Shown: in pieces, positions 63,351 through 64,000 of the stretch
How positions within the stretch are numbered: position 1 is the stretch's first letter
How the letters are laid out: the number at the start of each line of letters is the position of its first letter
NCBI RefSeq assembly: GCF_001194135.2
Contig: NC_068988.1
Coordinates: 27,426,430-27,490,429, forward strand
Length of the DNA: 64,000 nucleotides
Source: Octopus bimaculoides
Lineage: Eukaryota
Reading direction: 5' to 3'
Position numbers and translations under genes: made by a program
The notes under the pieces: generated by a model
The model's input: only the letters and a program-made list of their open reading frames with translations
Told to the model about the DNA's origin: nothing
Database searches by the model: none

Positions 63351-63700
63351 ATAATATTAGGGAATAAAAATTTATTCCAACCTTACAGGCAAAAATCGGT
63401 ATAATATTACGCCGGGTTTCATAATATATAATATATATCTATATAACTAATTCAGAGACGAACCACCACTCTACAACTCAGTCAACTCAGAACCCGTCCA
63501 AATCCATGCTGTGAGGCATATACCATATTAATATTTATCTAAGATTTTAATCTAAAATTTTTAAATTTAAATAATATGTCATATAAATATATCCTACTAG
63601 CAGAAATACCCAGGTTAAAGAGAATAATGAAATCTAAAAACGCCGTCTAGACTACGCAACCCTCAACTGTTAGTAGCTACGATACCATATTTCTACATTA
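63348..63700. mobile_element. Unclassified, probably interspersed repeat abutting (TA)n
   Basis: CpG-retaining block with no ORF next to a TA run; single copy here, class not determined. Confidence 0.3.
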
Positions 63701-64000
63701 ATAACTCTCCAATCCATGCCAGCATGTAACATAGACATTAAGTGGAATGCCAGTCTCTCATCTAGGAGGGCCTTGAAATCAATGTTACCAACTGGGGACT
63801 ATGTGTGTCGTAGTGATAATAAAAAGACCCAAAGGAGGTCTGCAACGAAATAATTTTACTCAACACTTTGCAAGTGAATCAGTGGAGGCAAAGATGCGTC
63901 TCATTTACTTGACAATTTATGCACCACATTGCAGAAATCACAATGAAAGTATATCTGAAAGGGTAGTCTTACACTGTTGTACCGTTGAATTACAAATAAC

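Overview
This is AT-rich eukaryotic genomic DNA from a gapped scaffold with six N-runs, each next to a simple or tandem repeat. The dense tRNA-derived SINE families, RTE-type 3' ends and microsatellites look like an Octopus (coleoid cephalopod) genome; that is my recognition from memory, not a database result. There is no complete gene, rRNA, true tRNA or CRISPR array. Almost all listed ORFs are artefacts of microsatellites, N-gaps or SINEs. The window is probably the inside of one or more very long introns. A few small plus-strand exon candidates (best: 58087-58175 and 25081-25155) and a CpG-rich promoter/first-exon-like block (~37480-37900) belong to a gene I cannot name. Recognisable mobile DNA: a CORE-like SINE head with two alternative tails, a second SINE family forming head-to-tail arrays in (AAT)n, a decayed R4/Dong-type LINE 3' fragment, RTE relics, an internally deleted hAT element and TTAA-flanked MITEs. 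Most interesting: a tRNA-headed SINE carrying a Penelope-type minimal hammerhead ribozyme motif (33305-33350), a 20-bp hairpin fully paired only as plus-strand RNA (62622-62664), a perfect 28-bp palindrome, and a duplicated intronic segment with possible 3-nt microexons.
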